NCBI GenBank assembly: GCA_036172245.1
Contig: JAYWIR010000040.1
Location: forward strand, 248,001 to 312,000
Reading direction: 5' to 3'
Length of the DNA: 64,000 nucleotides
Origin: Raillietiella orientalis
Lineage: Eukaryota
The stretch's first letter is position 1. Each line of letters opens with the position of its first letter. Shown piece after piece: positions 1-12,066 of the stretch. The translations under genes and the position numbers were made by a program. The notes beneath the pieces are model-generated. The model was not told the DNA's origin. It was given only the letters and a program-made list of their open reading frames with translations, and made no database searches.

Positions 1-733
1 GAGTAGATCATCAGCGTATGCCAGATGGGTAAGATGCTGGCCATCGATTGTTATGCCTTGCAGTCGTTCGCTCTTCTCGATAAAGGACGACAACGCCTCC
101 ATGTCAGTGAACACCAGCGCCAGGTTCTCGCCGGCGTATCGGCTGAGTCCGACGGTGGCTTGGGCACACTTGACATTGTCCGACATGTGACGTCCAGGGA
201 CTGCACACGTTTGGACCGGAGAGATGAGCCTCGACATGACCTTGCCTAAGCGGTTGGACCAGATCTTCGCCAACCACTTGGCATCGGAGTTCAGGATCGA
301 GATTGGCCTCCATTGAGCGACCTGCGTAAGGTCGCCTCCTTTTGGCAACAATCTCATCCGACTCTCGTAGAAGGACTGTGGAAGTCTTCCTTCTTCGCGG
401 ATGCAGAGGGTCAACTGGTGAAACAAACGCACGTAGGCATGCAGGTACCGCTGATAGTGCGTGATGGGTACACTGTCAGGGCCCGCCGCCACATCCTTGC
501 GTAGTTGACCAAACGCAGTCTTCACCTCATCTTCGGAGAACTCCTCCTCCAGTCTGTTTCGCTGGACATCGTCGGTCCTCTTCTCGAGGTAGCTCAGAAA
601 GGCCTGTTGACTAGAGCGACAGAGATGTTGTCGCCTGAAGTGTTTCGTGTAATGCCTGTGAAAGGCATCCACGATGTCCTCAGACGACTGTCGCTTTTGA
701 CCGTCGTACTGGATGCAGAAGATATCTGTTGCC
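1..733 (-). mobile_element. Family B non-LTR retrotransposon, 5'-truncated fragment (linker/RT part of ORF2), runs off window edge
   Basis: Reverse complement matches ORF2 of the B copies at 56.1-57.1 kb and 61.8-62.7 kb (TDIFCIQYDG...RLLPKGGDL...HLAYADD); has an internal deletion at ~97-104. Confidence 0.9.
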
Positions 734-1402
734 GACTCGGCAGGAGAGGAGCAATCTCCCGACTGTCAAGAAGGTGACTCCGTTGCCGCCTTTTAAAGGC
801 GTAGCGAAAGCAGCGCACCCAGAGAACGCAGCGAAAATTCCGGAGGTTTCCGCAACTACTGTCGCGGAAGCCTCCGAAAATCGCGAAGGCGAATGGAAGG
901 TTGTGGAGAGGAGGAAAGAAAGATCTCCCCAAAAAGCTTCGCAACATCCATCTCTGAGCTCTTCCAAACTAAAAAGCAGTCGCGCGAATACGAAAACACG
1001 CGCGGCTTGTGCCTCTTCCCAGGAAAAAGCCAGCGCCTTCAACGCGTGCAAGTCCGCTTCTGTGACCGCCGAGAAGACCATTCCGGTGCAATCGGACGGA
1101 TGCAAGCGCACGTCGATCGTGCGAGCATCAGACTCCGCAAAGGAGTCCGATAGCGCCGCTGAACGACGCGTAACTCGCGCGGGAGCGAGCGCCCGCAGGG
1201 CTGAAACCCTGAGGCGTGACACACTCGCCGCAAAACGGCGAGTGCTCACCCCGGAACCAACAGGTTCTGCACCCGGGGAGGAGCACTCGATTGCGTGTAG
1301 CACAGTTGAGGCCGGTGGCGACCGCGCCCTCCAGCCCGTCGTACTGCTTACTGCCCGCTCGCCGGGTGAGGCGAGCACCACGGTCTCGCTTTCCCAGCCG
1401 TG

Positions 1403-4400
1403 ATGAGGGCAATCGCGTCTTCTCGTCGTGTTGCCGTCACGTCTTGGAACGTCAACGGGCTCCAACACGAGGAGCAGAGGCGACTAGTCGCTGATGCTCT
1501 GCGCTCCTTCGACTTGACGCTCCCGCAGGAGATTCACAGGATCTCCGAAGAGCAGGCTGCCGAAATCGAACGGAGCGCGGGCGGAACGCTACTTTATAGG
1601 TGCGGCGTTGCACGTACGTGCGGCGTCGCTTTCCTCGTGCGAGGAACTTTGGTGGGAGCGGTGCGCAGCGTTCGTTTCGACACGGAAGGCCAAGTGGGAC
1701 AGCTTGTACTCAAGTGGTCCGACTCGATCGACCTTGTCGTAACCAACGTGTACGCGCCGAGCGGTGCTGGACGATGGGCCGAAAGGATTGAGTTCTTCGG
1801 TACCCTTCAAAGCCAGTGGCTCACTCGATCTCACCCTACTGTGGCCCATCTCATTGCGGGGAACTTTAACGTCCACCTGTATTCCGCGAATAGATCCCAC
1901 AAAAGGGAAAAGTTGCTAGCGGAAGAGATGTGCGCGTCCGTGCACGCGTGCAACTTGTTCGCTAGCGACCTTGTTATTGCAGCAACGCCGGACCACGTCT
2001 ACCTTGATAAACACTTGCTCTCTCGAGTGGGTCGGAGAGGTACCGTGCCGTCCGTGCTTTCAGACCACAACAGGCTCGAATTCGAGTTGCTCCCGCCAGG
2101 CAAGGGGCCTCCAAACTGTTTTTGGAGGATGCCGGCAGGCTGGCTAAACCACTTGGAGGCGGCTGAGCATCTTCGCCAGTACCTCCTCGGCTTTGCCATA
2201 AGTGAGCTCGAGGACTGGGACGATCTGAAAAGATCGATCCGCGAGTTCTGCTGCCGGTTTCCCTTGCACCAGCTTCCCCGCGGCTTCGGAGAGGGCATAT
2301 CCAACAGCGGAGATTTTCTGCAGGCCCGCTCCTTTTCCAGGCGCACGGACGTTAGTCGATTATCCGAGTACAAGGCCAAGGCCGAGCGCCAGGTCTGGCA
2401 CTCAGGGGCGACAGTTCTGCTCGACGACCAGGACCGGGAATGCTCGGCTCCAGCCGACGTGCGACGGATAGTCAGGCGCTATTACTCTTCTCTGTATGCA
2501 GAGGCACCGACGGAACGCAGCCTCTCCCGGCTGCTTCTGCCGATTGATGCACCTGTTGTAGACGAGGTGGAACGCGCGCGTCTTGATGAGCCCTTCACGG
2601 CAGAGGAAATTTCCTCGGCCATCTCTTGGCTCCAAAGACGAAAAGCACCAGGCGAAGATGGGCTCCCTGCGGAATTCTTTTAGTGTTTTGCGGCGGAGCT
2701 CATCTTCCTGGTGCTCCAACTGTCGTCGCTGATGCGAGACTCGGGCGATGTCCCCGCCTCGTTTCGATCAGCGAAGGTGCGTCTACTGCCGAAAGGCGGA
2801 GATTTGCGCCAACTGAACAACTGGCGTCCGATCACATTAGTGAATTCAGTCGTCAAGTTGTTCTCGAAACTTTGGGTGGCGCGGATGGGTAGGATCGCAA
2901 AATCCTTGGTAAGTCCGGAGCAGACGTACGCTGTTCCTGGGCGGTCCATGGACGCGAATCTCCTGTTCATCCGCACATGGCTGCAATTGCAGCATCGTTT
3001 GGCGGTGGATTGTCGTGCGGAAGCAACGCCTTCGATCTCTCACCGACGGAGGCGCGGGACGAAAAAGAAGACACCGGGAGCCTTGGCGGTTGCAGTCGAT
3101 CTGCACAAAGCTTTCGATTGCGTGAACCAAAAGCTTCTTCTTAAGCTTTTGGAATGTCTGGGTCTTTCGGCATCCCTGTTGGCGTACTTGCGCTCCTGCT
3201 GGCGCCACGCGATTACATCCATTGTTTTCAGTGGCTGTCGCGTGTACGGCGTGCCGGTACGACGAGGAATTAGGCAGGGTGATAGCTTAAGCCCGCTGCT
3301 CTTCAGCATCTATTTTGAACTGGTGCTGGAATCTTACAGGCTGACGCTTGCCAACCTGCCGAGCTCCTGTCCAGGTACGCCGGCCGTGGCAGCCTATGCC
3401 GACGACCTGCTTCTCCTGTTGCCCATGTCCACCCCGGCGACATCGCTTGAAGACTTCTTTGAGTTGATTCGTCGCGGTGCGTGCGTGAGCGTTAACAGGA
3501 GTAAGTGTATGGTTGTTCCGGTGGGTGCGACGTGAGAGGGGCAGTCCGACTGGATCGGCCTGGGGATCCCCACGGGCAGGTACCTCAGGTACCTTGGCGC
3601 GCCGTTGGGCGACTTCTGCATCTCAGAAGCGTGGTCGGACTGCCTTCGGAAGGCAGAGCGTGCACTTGGCCCGTTTTCAGGAGGCGAGTTCGTCTTGCCG
3701 GAACGGGCCTGCATCTGGAACACCTTTGTTGCCCCCCTCCTCCGCCCCTGTTTTTTGTTTGTCCATCCCCCCAGGAAGTCAAAGTCTGAGCGCAGCGCCT
3801 TCTACGCAAAGCGTTGTGGGGCGCTGCAAGGTCCCGTGTTAGACTTAAAGACTTGGTGGCGCCGCGTCAGGATACAGGCTTGGGCATCCTGGACTTAAAA
3901 AGCATCGAACTGCAGGTGCAGTTTCGCATGCTGCGGCTCTGTGCCAAGCTGTGGTGTACGCCGTGGTGCTTACCCGCACGCCTTATACTGAGGCGCTGCA
4001 CGGGAAGCGAGGGACTGCTTTCGTTGCTACCCCACTTTCGGCACACCAGAATAGGGTTTGAATTCCCACCGAAACAGCTGTCCTCACTGCTGGAAGCCTA
4101 AAGCTGGATCTCCTGCCGCCCCATGAGCATTATTGCATGGCGGCAGGAATCTTTTTCATCGTGGGCAGCTTCCGAAGGAACGCGCCCGGAAGATCTTCGA
4201 CGCCTGCTACTTCTCCTCAGTCATCAAATAGACGAAGTCATGCAGGACAAGAAGTTGTCGGATCGTCTGGCCACCACACCAATCGCCGCCGCGCTGTCTG
4301 CCCTCAGGGCGAGCAACGACGGTTGCCTACCGGCGGAATGGGAGTTCTCCTGCAAAATAGCGGGAGTCAGTAAGCTCCTCGGCAGCTGGACGACAAAGGA

Positions 4401-4971
4401 GCTGGTGCAAGCCGCCACTCCTCGGAATCGGGCGAAGGGCCTGCTTCGGTGGAGCGAACATTTAAGTGTGCCCCCCGGAGAGACAGTGCCCCCCGTTTGT
4501 TTGGACAGCTTCGTGTTCCCCCTAAAGTGGAAACAAGATGTGCTGCTCTTTTTACATTGTGCATTACACTGTAATAGGCAGCGAAGCATCGTTTCCGGGG
4601 GAGCTGCTTTGCCAAACTGTTTAAAGTGCGGAGAGATCGAGTCTTTTCCGCACCTTTTGCTGGACTGCGGTGACCTCCGGGAACTGTGGCGAAGGCTCAC
4701 TTCGGCCATCATGCCACAAAGAGGCCCTGCCATTGATGTGCTGCGGCGCTTCTTCAGCAGAAATGGACTTTCGGTTTGCGCGATTGTCGCAACCATGTGT
4801 TGCGTTCGCGCCATCGTGATGGCCGGCTACGCCCTGGAGTTGTCAGCGCAGCGAAGGGAGGCTCACCTGCTTGCAGCTCAATTCATGAAGAAGGCTTCAA
4901 GGTGGTCTCATCTTCGTGACAAGGTGAATGAGGACATCACCGGCATACATCGCCGGTTTACACAGCTTTGA
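1403..4971 (+). pseudogene. ORF2 (APE endonuclease-reverse transcriptase-CCHC), disrupted
   Basis: Collinear ORF pieces 1400-2683, 2711-3535, 3605-3898, 3814-4101, 4123-4971 separated by stops/frameshifts. Confidence 0.9.
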
Positions 4972-5294
4972 GAACGGCGTAATCCGGTGACCCCTGCGAC
5001 CTCTCGCCCACCCATACTTCGTCCCCGTTCGCTCGGTAAAATTTCCGGTGCCTATGCTTTTATCCCCGTGTCTTCCAGAGCGATCCCAAAGACCCTTATC
5101 CCGTCCTCCTTATTCATTGTTTTTATTTTATTTTGGTTTCTTTGTGTTCCACGCCCCCCCACACCGTTCGCAAAACTGTTACTCTGGCCTGCGTGCCAGC
5201 AATATTCTCTTCATTCTTGTTCAGTCGTCGGTGTGGAGTTTGGTTCTTAACTGGTTTATTTTGTAAAATTGCTTTTTTTGGTTATGTTATATGG

Positions 5295-5320
5295 AATAAA
5301 CGCCCCGGCGTGTCCGGGTG
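5295..5320 (+). terminator. Representative 3'-terminal signal: AATAAA + CGCCCCGG-N5-CCGGGTG hairpin (14 copies in the window)
   Basis: Follows every non-B ORF2 stop + U-rich UTR and precedes an abrupt switch to another element; function is inferred. Confidence 0.7.
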
Positions 5321-5324
5321 AGAA

Positions 5325-5870
5325 ATCTCCTGCGCTTGTTCTGCAGAGATCACATGGATCTCCTGCAGCAGCGCAAGGTCGAACGATCCTAGAATGGCGG
5401 CCATGTCTCGCCTTCTGCCGGCGTCTGTCATGCCGTTCACGTTCCAAACGGCGATGCGCAGACGACGGCGTGAGGGGATTACCGGCAATACTGCCGGGAA
5501 GATGACGGTGTGGGGAAACCCGCCTCTTCCGAGGCGGGTGAAATGACCATTAGGATTTCAGCCTCCTCAGGCACCTTGGGTACCTTTCCGGCTTCAACCC
5601 CCTCCATCTCCTCCGTGTCTGTGCGTGGTGGTCTCTCGGGTGACGATTCCTGGGATTCTCACACGCTCATTGCACTCTCGCAGTCCGAAGTCATCTCCAC
5701 GCCTTCAGCCTGGAGAGGGGCTATCCGGGGTTTGCTGGACTTCCTTCCAGCCTTCCGGCGGGGTGCCGCGGAGATGGAAACTTGGTTTCCGGCCTGCGCT
5801 TCGGGGTCGGAAGTTACCGACTCCTCGGTGGAGGCTGGACGCCTCACTGCCTTTTTGCAAGTCTTGAAGG
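5325..5870 (-). mobile_element. ORF1 C-terminus / ORF2 start of a D-like element, bounded by two insertions
   Basis: KKAVRRPAS...PRRKAGRKS, then RRRLRIAVWNVNGMTDAGRRRD...EQAQEI; similar to 12067-12620. Confidence 0.85.
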
Positions 5871-7977
5871 TTTACACCCGGGTACGCCCGGGGCGTTTAT
5901 TGTTAAAACTCTACATCCAAAGTACAAGGCCCCGCTCACGGCCATATACACTGGACCTGCCAGGACGCCAAGACGCAGCACAGCGTAGCGTTCCTCAGCA
6001 GCGAAGGGGGATGGGGATAAAACAAAAAGAAAAATAAAAAATAAACAGACAAAAAGAAGTTGGAGGGCAGGGAAGGGATCACTGAACGCTGTGAGGAGGA
6101 CTCATCCGTTGAAGGAAGCCCTCGAGGTCATTCCGTATATTCCCCAGTTGGGGCCATCCGGCAGCTCTCCGCATGAAGCGTTGGGCGTATGGGATGACAT
6201 CCCTCGCGTGTGGACCCACTCCTTCGTTATTGGCGTCGCTCCATGCCGCCACGATGCCACGGACACAGCACAAGGCTGCGATGGCTGCGGATGGGTGCAG
6301 TGCGTCCTTCACGAAGAGGGGCCGAAGAACGTCTCTGGGGGTGCTGCCCGTAGGGAGCCCGAGGGTCGCCCCGAACCGTTCCCAGCGGGGTCGGATGGCA
6401 GCACAGTCCACAATAAGGTGGCAGAGCGATTCCCGCTCTCCGCATTTGACACACTCAGGATCCACAGCTCCCCTTGTCCAGTAGAAGCGGCGTGCGTTGC
6501 AGGGTAAACCCAAGTGCAGCAGTAGCAACGCCGACTCTTGCCACTTAAGGGGCAGGATCCTGGATTCCTTCAGTACCGGGGGCCACTTCAGCACATCCGT
6601 AGGGATGGCGAGCAGCTCGCCCCATCTCATCAATCCACGCGGCTGGACCCTCGGGGTCGTGGCGTCCGCCAGTTCTCCTGTGGTCCAGCCGCTTAACATC
6701 TTCTCCCTGCCTGCAATCTGGCAGGTGACTTGCCACCTCGGCTTCTGGCGATCCTGAAGCGCCCTCAGGAGGTAGGGCATCGCCTTTGCAAGGGGGGTCG
6801 TCAACGCCCACCTCCGACTTCGGGGAAATCCCAGTATTTCCCGCAGGGTGCGGATGGCGTATGGGCCGATTCGCAGGCAGTTCATATTGTTTTCACTCCT
6901 CCGGTTCTGCTTAGCCCATGTGCCAGCAGACTCCTCCAACCAGGCGGAGGAGTTGACGGGGCCACAAATCATCCAATCGTTTGTCTTCGCCAGGGTTGCT
7001 ATGCGTCCGAGCATAAGGCCGCATATTCGGATCTTCCGGCCAGGGCACAGAAGAAACGACGCGAGTCCTTCGCATCGGGACAGACGCCTGGCGAGGAGGC
7101 ATGCCGGAACGCACCAAGGGGTGCTCCACATCTTCGCTGCGATGGCAAGGGTTCGCCACCGCAGCTGGATTTCCACGCGCTCCAGCGTCAGGAGGCCAAG
7201 GCCGCCGTCCCGACGCGGAGCGCACAAGTCCTTCAGAGGGACTCGGGGCCTACCCTTGCCCCAAAGGGCTATGCGGAGGAGGTTCCTTGTCCTCTTTTTG
7301 CATTCTCTGAGGGCGGAGCAAACAAAAAGCAAGAAGCGGAGGATGGGGGCCGCAAAAGCGTTCCAAAACGCGGCCTGTTCCGGCAAGTGAAACTTCCCTT
7401 CCAAGAACGGGCCGATCGATGTCTCAACTTTTTGAAGACAGCTGGACCACGCTTCCGCAGGGGAGTGGTCACCCAACGGCACACCAAGGTACTTGAGGCA
7501 CCTCGCCGTGGGGATCCCCAGACGGACCCAGTCCTGCTGCCCTGCAAACGCTGCACCTACTGGCACCACCAACGACTTCGCCCTGTTGACCTGCAGTCCG
7601 GTCCCACGGCTGAGCAGATCGAAGAAGTCTCCGACCGCCTTCGCCGGGGTAGACATAGGTAACAGGAGAAGAAGGTCGTCGGCATAGGCTGCTACGGAGG
7701 GCGTGCCGGGACACGAGCTCGGCAAGGACGCCAAAGTCACCATGTAGGCTCTCAGAACCAACTCAAAGTAGGTGCTGAAGAGCAGGGGACTCAAGCTATC
7801 TCCCTGCCTGATGCCCCGCCGCACCGTCACGCCATACACCTTCTGACTACTGAAAAAGATGGAGATAATCGCATTCCGCCAGCAAGAGCGCAGGTAGGTA
7901 ATCAAGGAGGGTGGGAAGCCCATGCGACCCAGGAGATTCAACAAAAGCCCCTGGTCAACACAGTCGAACGCCTTGTG
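5871..7977 (-). mobile_element. Family C, 3' half (RT from KAFD to 3' terminus); uninterrupted frame 7944-6079
   Basis: RQGDSLSP, YADD, CVKC..HLIVDC; AATAAA+hairpin at 5901-5875; very similar to 10000-12066. Confidence 0.92.
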
Positions 7978-8090
7978 CGCTCTAAGGTGGACGTGTTTTT
8001 TTGGTGCTCCTCGTGCCAGGAAGTCTCCCCCAGTGCAAGCGTCGTGTGGTTCGGTGGTCGATCAGGCAGCGATGCCTGACGCGATCGACG
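7978..8090 (+). mobile_element. Family D 5' terminus (5' UTR and first ORF1 codons MPD)
   Basis: ggacgtgttttt...ggtgctcctcgtgcc...ggtggtcgatcaggcagcgatgcctgac matches the reverse complement of 23600-23700. Confidence 0.85.
7989..8000 (+). promoter_or_regulatory. Representative 5'-terminal motif GGACGTGTTTTT (candidate internal promoter; 8 copies/variants)
   Basis: Lies within ~5-12 nt of the 5' junction and upstream of the ORF1 ATG in families C-G; function is inferred. Confidence 0.5.
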
Positions 8091-8754
8091 GAGTCGATTC
8101 CGGACCTACTTCTGGACTGCGGTGTCCTACAAGGACTGTGGCGTAGGCTGGCAACAGCACTAATGCATCCCGTGGACACCTCAAGAGACTTGCTGCGACG
8201 ATTTTTCACGCCGAGCGGGCTGTCACTAAGCGCAAGGATTGCAACCATAGGTTGCATACGCGCGATAGTTTCCGTCCGCCAGGCGTTGGTAATCAACGGA
8301 CAGCACCATGAGGTCATCAGCAAAGCATCCTTCTACATGGGAGCATCCGCTAGATGGCCTCATTTGACAGAGGAGACAAAAAGGAATCTCGCCGCAATAC
8401 ACCGCCGGTTTACACACCCTCAGCAGCGGCGAACCCCGTGATCATTGCCCTACCCTCCATAAACTAATTTTGTATTTTCTTTTTACACCCGCGTCCCCAT
8501 AGGCTCCGGAACATTTGAGGTGCTCATCGTTTAAATCCCCGTGAGTACGGAGCCTAACCAAAAACCCGTTACCCTTCCCTCCAGTTTTTGATTTTTGTTT
8601 GTTTCCCCTCATTCCTCCCACGCTGCGAGCGGTTTGTTTACCAGGCCTGCGTGCCGGTAATTTTTCTATGTTCTCTGTCGTTCTGTTGGTTGGGGACATT
8701 GTCCCTGACCAGTTTATTATTATTAATAAACGCCCCGGCGTGACCGGGTGATAA
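8091..8754 (+). mobile_element. 3' terminal fragment of an A/E-like element
   Basis: LLLDCG.LQGLWRRL...IHRRFT C-terminus, U-rich UTR, AATAAA+hairpin 8725-8750. Confidence 0.85.
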
Positions 8755-11700
8755 ATTTCAATCTCCGCCGGCTAACATGTGAGCCGGAAACACAGGTGAA
8801 CGCGATGAACAAGTTGTGCGCCGCCATGCGTGCGCGCAACTTGTTCGCGGGTGAGAGAGGAATGGTCCGCAGCATCGACCACGTCTTCCTCGACGCTGAC
8901 CTGTGTTCATGGGTCGGCAAACGGGGGAGGGTTGCGTCAACCTTTTCGGACCATTCCCGGTTAATTTTCGAGATGCGGCTTTGCGACAAAAAACCGCCAT
9001 CCAGGGACTGGCGTCTGCCAGGGGACTGGACGCGACTCTCAGGTGCGAAGGAACACCTTCGCGAATACCTGAGAGGCGTCACGCTCCGGAATCTCCAAGA
9101 CTGGGACCTTTTTAAGGAATCGGTCCGGGAATTCTGCGAGCAGTTCCCCCTGGACCGCCTGCCCTCCGGATTCGGCGAGGGTCCTCGCAACCATTCGGCC
9201 TATTTACAGGCCCGAAGGTACGAGCGAACCCCTAATGTCCGTCGCCTGGCCGAGTACCGCGCCGGGGCCAAACGCCAAGCCTGGCAATCCGGGTCGGTCA
9301 GCTTGCTGGACGACCAGGGCCGGGAATGTTCGTCCCCGGCGTCGGTACGGCATCTCGTGCGGAGTTATTATTCCTCCCTTTACGCCAGGGCGCCCCCGGA
9401 TCAAGATGCCTCTCGGCTATTGCTTCCGGATGGTGCCCCGGCAATAGGGGAGGAGGAGTCGTTAAGCCTCGATGAGCCTTTTACCACCGGCGAAATTCTC
9501 GCCGGTATCAAAAGGCTCAAGAGGCGGAAAGCTCCAGAGGAAGACGGCTTGCCCGCGGAGTTCTATCAGAGCTTCGCGGAAGAGCTGGCACCCCTGCTGC
9601 TTCAGCTGACAAGGCTGATCCGAGACGAAGGCGATGTTCCCGCCTCGTTTCGGTCAGCCAGAGTGAGGCTCCTTCCGAAAGGGGGAGACCTTAGGAATTT
9701 GAACAACTGGCGTCCGATCACGATTGTGAATACGGACGGCAAGTTGGTTGCCGGGCTATGGGCTTCGCGTCTGGGGCAGGTGGCAGACTCCATTATTAGT
9801 CCGGAGCAGACATATGCTGTTCCCGGGCGAAGTATGGATGCCAACCTCTTCTTCGCGAGCACATGGATGCACGCGCAGAGGTGTCAAAAGGAAGGGAAAG
9901 GAAAAATCGGCAACCCCACTTTGGGGCCGCCAGCAGGGCAGGGAATGGACTCCCGGGCGGGGAAGGGGGCCTTAGCGCTCGCAGTCGATCTCCATAAGGC
10001 GTCCGACTGTGTTGACCAGGGGCTTTTGTTGGAGCTCCTGGTTCGCATGGGCTTCCCACCCTCCCTGATCAACTACCTGCGCTCCTGCTGGCGCCATGCC
10101 ATCATTTCCGTCTCTTTCAGCAGTCAGAAGGTGCATGGCGTGCCGGTGCGGCGGGGCATCAGGCAGGGAGTTGGTGCTGAGAGCCTACAGGGTGACTTTG
10201 GCCTCCTTGCCGAGCTCGTGTCCCGGCACGCCCGCCGTAGCAGCCTAGGCCGACGACCTTCTGCTTCTGTTACCTATGTCCACCCCGGCGAATGCGGTCG
10301 GAGACTTCTTCGATCTGCTCAGCCGTGGGACCGGACTGCAGGTCAACAGGGCGAAGTCGTCGGTGGTGCCAGTAGGTGCGGCGTGGGCAGGGCACCAGGA
10401 CTGGGTCCGTCTGGGGATCCCCACGGCGAGGTGCCTCAAGTACCTTGGTGTGCCGTTGGGTGACTACTCTTCTGCGGAAGCGTGGTCCAGCTGTCTTAAA
10501 AAGTTGAGACGGCGATCGGCCCGTTCCTGGAAGGCAAGTTTCACTTGCCGGAACGGGCCGCGGTTTGGAACGCCTTCGCGGCCCCCATCCTCCGCCCCTT
10601 GCTTTTTGTTTGCCCCGCCCCCAGAGAATGCAAAAAGAGGACGAAGGACCTCCTCCGCATCGCCCTTTGGGGCAAGTGGAGGCCCCGAGTCCCTCTGCAG
10701 GACTTGTGCGCTCCGCGTCGGGACGGCGGCCTTGGCCTCCTGACGCTGGAGCGCGTGGAAATCCAGCTGCGGTGGCGAACCCTCGCCATCGCAGCGAAGA
10801 TGTGGAGCACCCCTTGGTGCGTTCCGCCCCGTCACCTCGCCAGGCGTGTCCCGATGCGATGGACTCGCGTCGTTTCTTCTGTGCCCTGGCCGGAAGATCC
10901 GAAGATGCGGCCTTATGCTCGGACGCATAGCAACCTTGGTGAAGACGAACATTTGCATGGTTTGTGGCCCCGCCAACTCCTCCGCCTGGTTATGAGTCTG
11001 CTGGCACATGGGCTAAGCTGAACCGGAGGAGGTTAAACCACATAAACTGCCTGCGAATCGGCCCATACGCCAACCGCACCCTGCGGGAAATACTGGAATT
11101 TCCTCGGAGTCGCAGGTGGGCGTTGACGACCCCCCTTGCTACGGCGATTCCCTACCTCCTGAGGGCGCTTCAGGATCGCCAGAAGCCGAGGTGGCAAGTC
11201 ACCTGCCAGATCGCAGGCAGGGAGAAGATGTTAAGCGGCTGGATCACAGGAGAACTGGCGGACGCCACGACCCCGAGCGTCCAGCCGCGTGGATTAATGA
11301 GATGGGGCGAGCTGCTCGCCATCCCTACGGATGTGCTGAAGTGGCCCCCGGTACTAAAGGAATCCAGGATCCTGCCCCTTAAGTGGCAAGAGTCGGCGTT
11401 GCTACTGCTGCACTGGGGATTACCCTGCAACGCACGCCGCTTCCACTGGACAAGGGGAACTGTGGATCCTGAGTGTGTCAGGTGCGGAGAGCGGGAATCG
11501 CTCTCCCACCTTATTGTGGACTGTGCTGCATCCGACCCCCCTGGGAACGGTTCTGGGCGACCCTAGGGCTCCCTACGAGCAGCACCCCCAGAGACGTTCT
11601 TCGGCCCCTCTTCGTGAAGGACGCACTGCAGCCAGCCGCAGCCATCGCAGCCTTGTGCTGTGTCCGTGGCATCGTGGCGGCATGGAGCGACGCCAATAAC

Positions 11701-12066
11701 GAAGGAGTGGGTCCACACGCGAGGGATGTCGTCCCATACGCCCAACGCTTCATGCGTAGAGCTGCCGGATGGCCCCAACTGGGGAATATACGGACGGACC
11801 TCGAGGGCTTCCTTCAACGGATGAACCCTCCTCACAGCGTTCAGTGATCCCTTCCCTGCCCTCCAACTTCTTTTTGTCTGTTTATTTTTTTTTATTATTT
11901 TTTTTTTTGTTTTATCCCCATCCCCCTTCGCTGCATAGGAACGCTACGCTGGGCTGCGTGTCGGCGTCCCGGCAGGTCCAGTGCATATGGCCGTGAGCGG
12001 GGCCTTGTACCGCGGATGTAGAGTTGTTTTTTAAAAATAAACGCCCCTGGCGTACCCGTGTGTAAA
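8755..12066 (+). mobile_element. Family C ORF2 from endonuclease (D)FNL to 3' terminus, frameshifted
   Basis: IDHVFLD, SDH, KAPEEDGLPAEFY, NNWRPIT, CVRC..HLIVDC; AATAAA 12036-12041 + degenerate hairpin. Confidence 0.92.

Larger units (their letters stand above)
731..5324 (+). mobile_element. Family A L1/Tx1-like retrotransposon: ORF1 C-terminus, whole decayed ORF2, 3' UTR and 3' terminus
   Basis: ORF1 tail ends at TGATG 1401-1405; ORF2 with SWNVNG, NVYAP, GNFN, SDH, DLHKAFD, RQGDSLSP, YADD, CLKC..HLLLDC; AATAAA+hairpin 5295-5320. Confidence 0.92.

Noticed and set aside
4972..5320. HDV-like or hammerhead ribozyme in the UTRs
   Set aside because: I could not find the catalytic-core consensus by eye; an Infernal/Rfam search would be needed.
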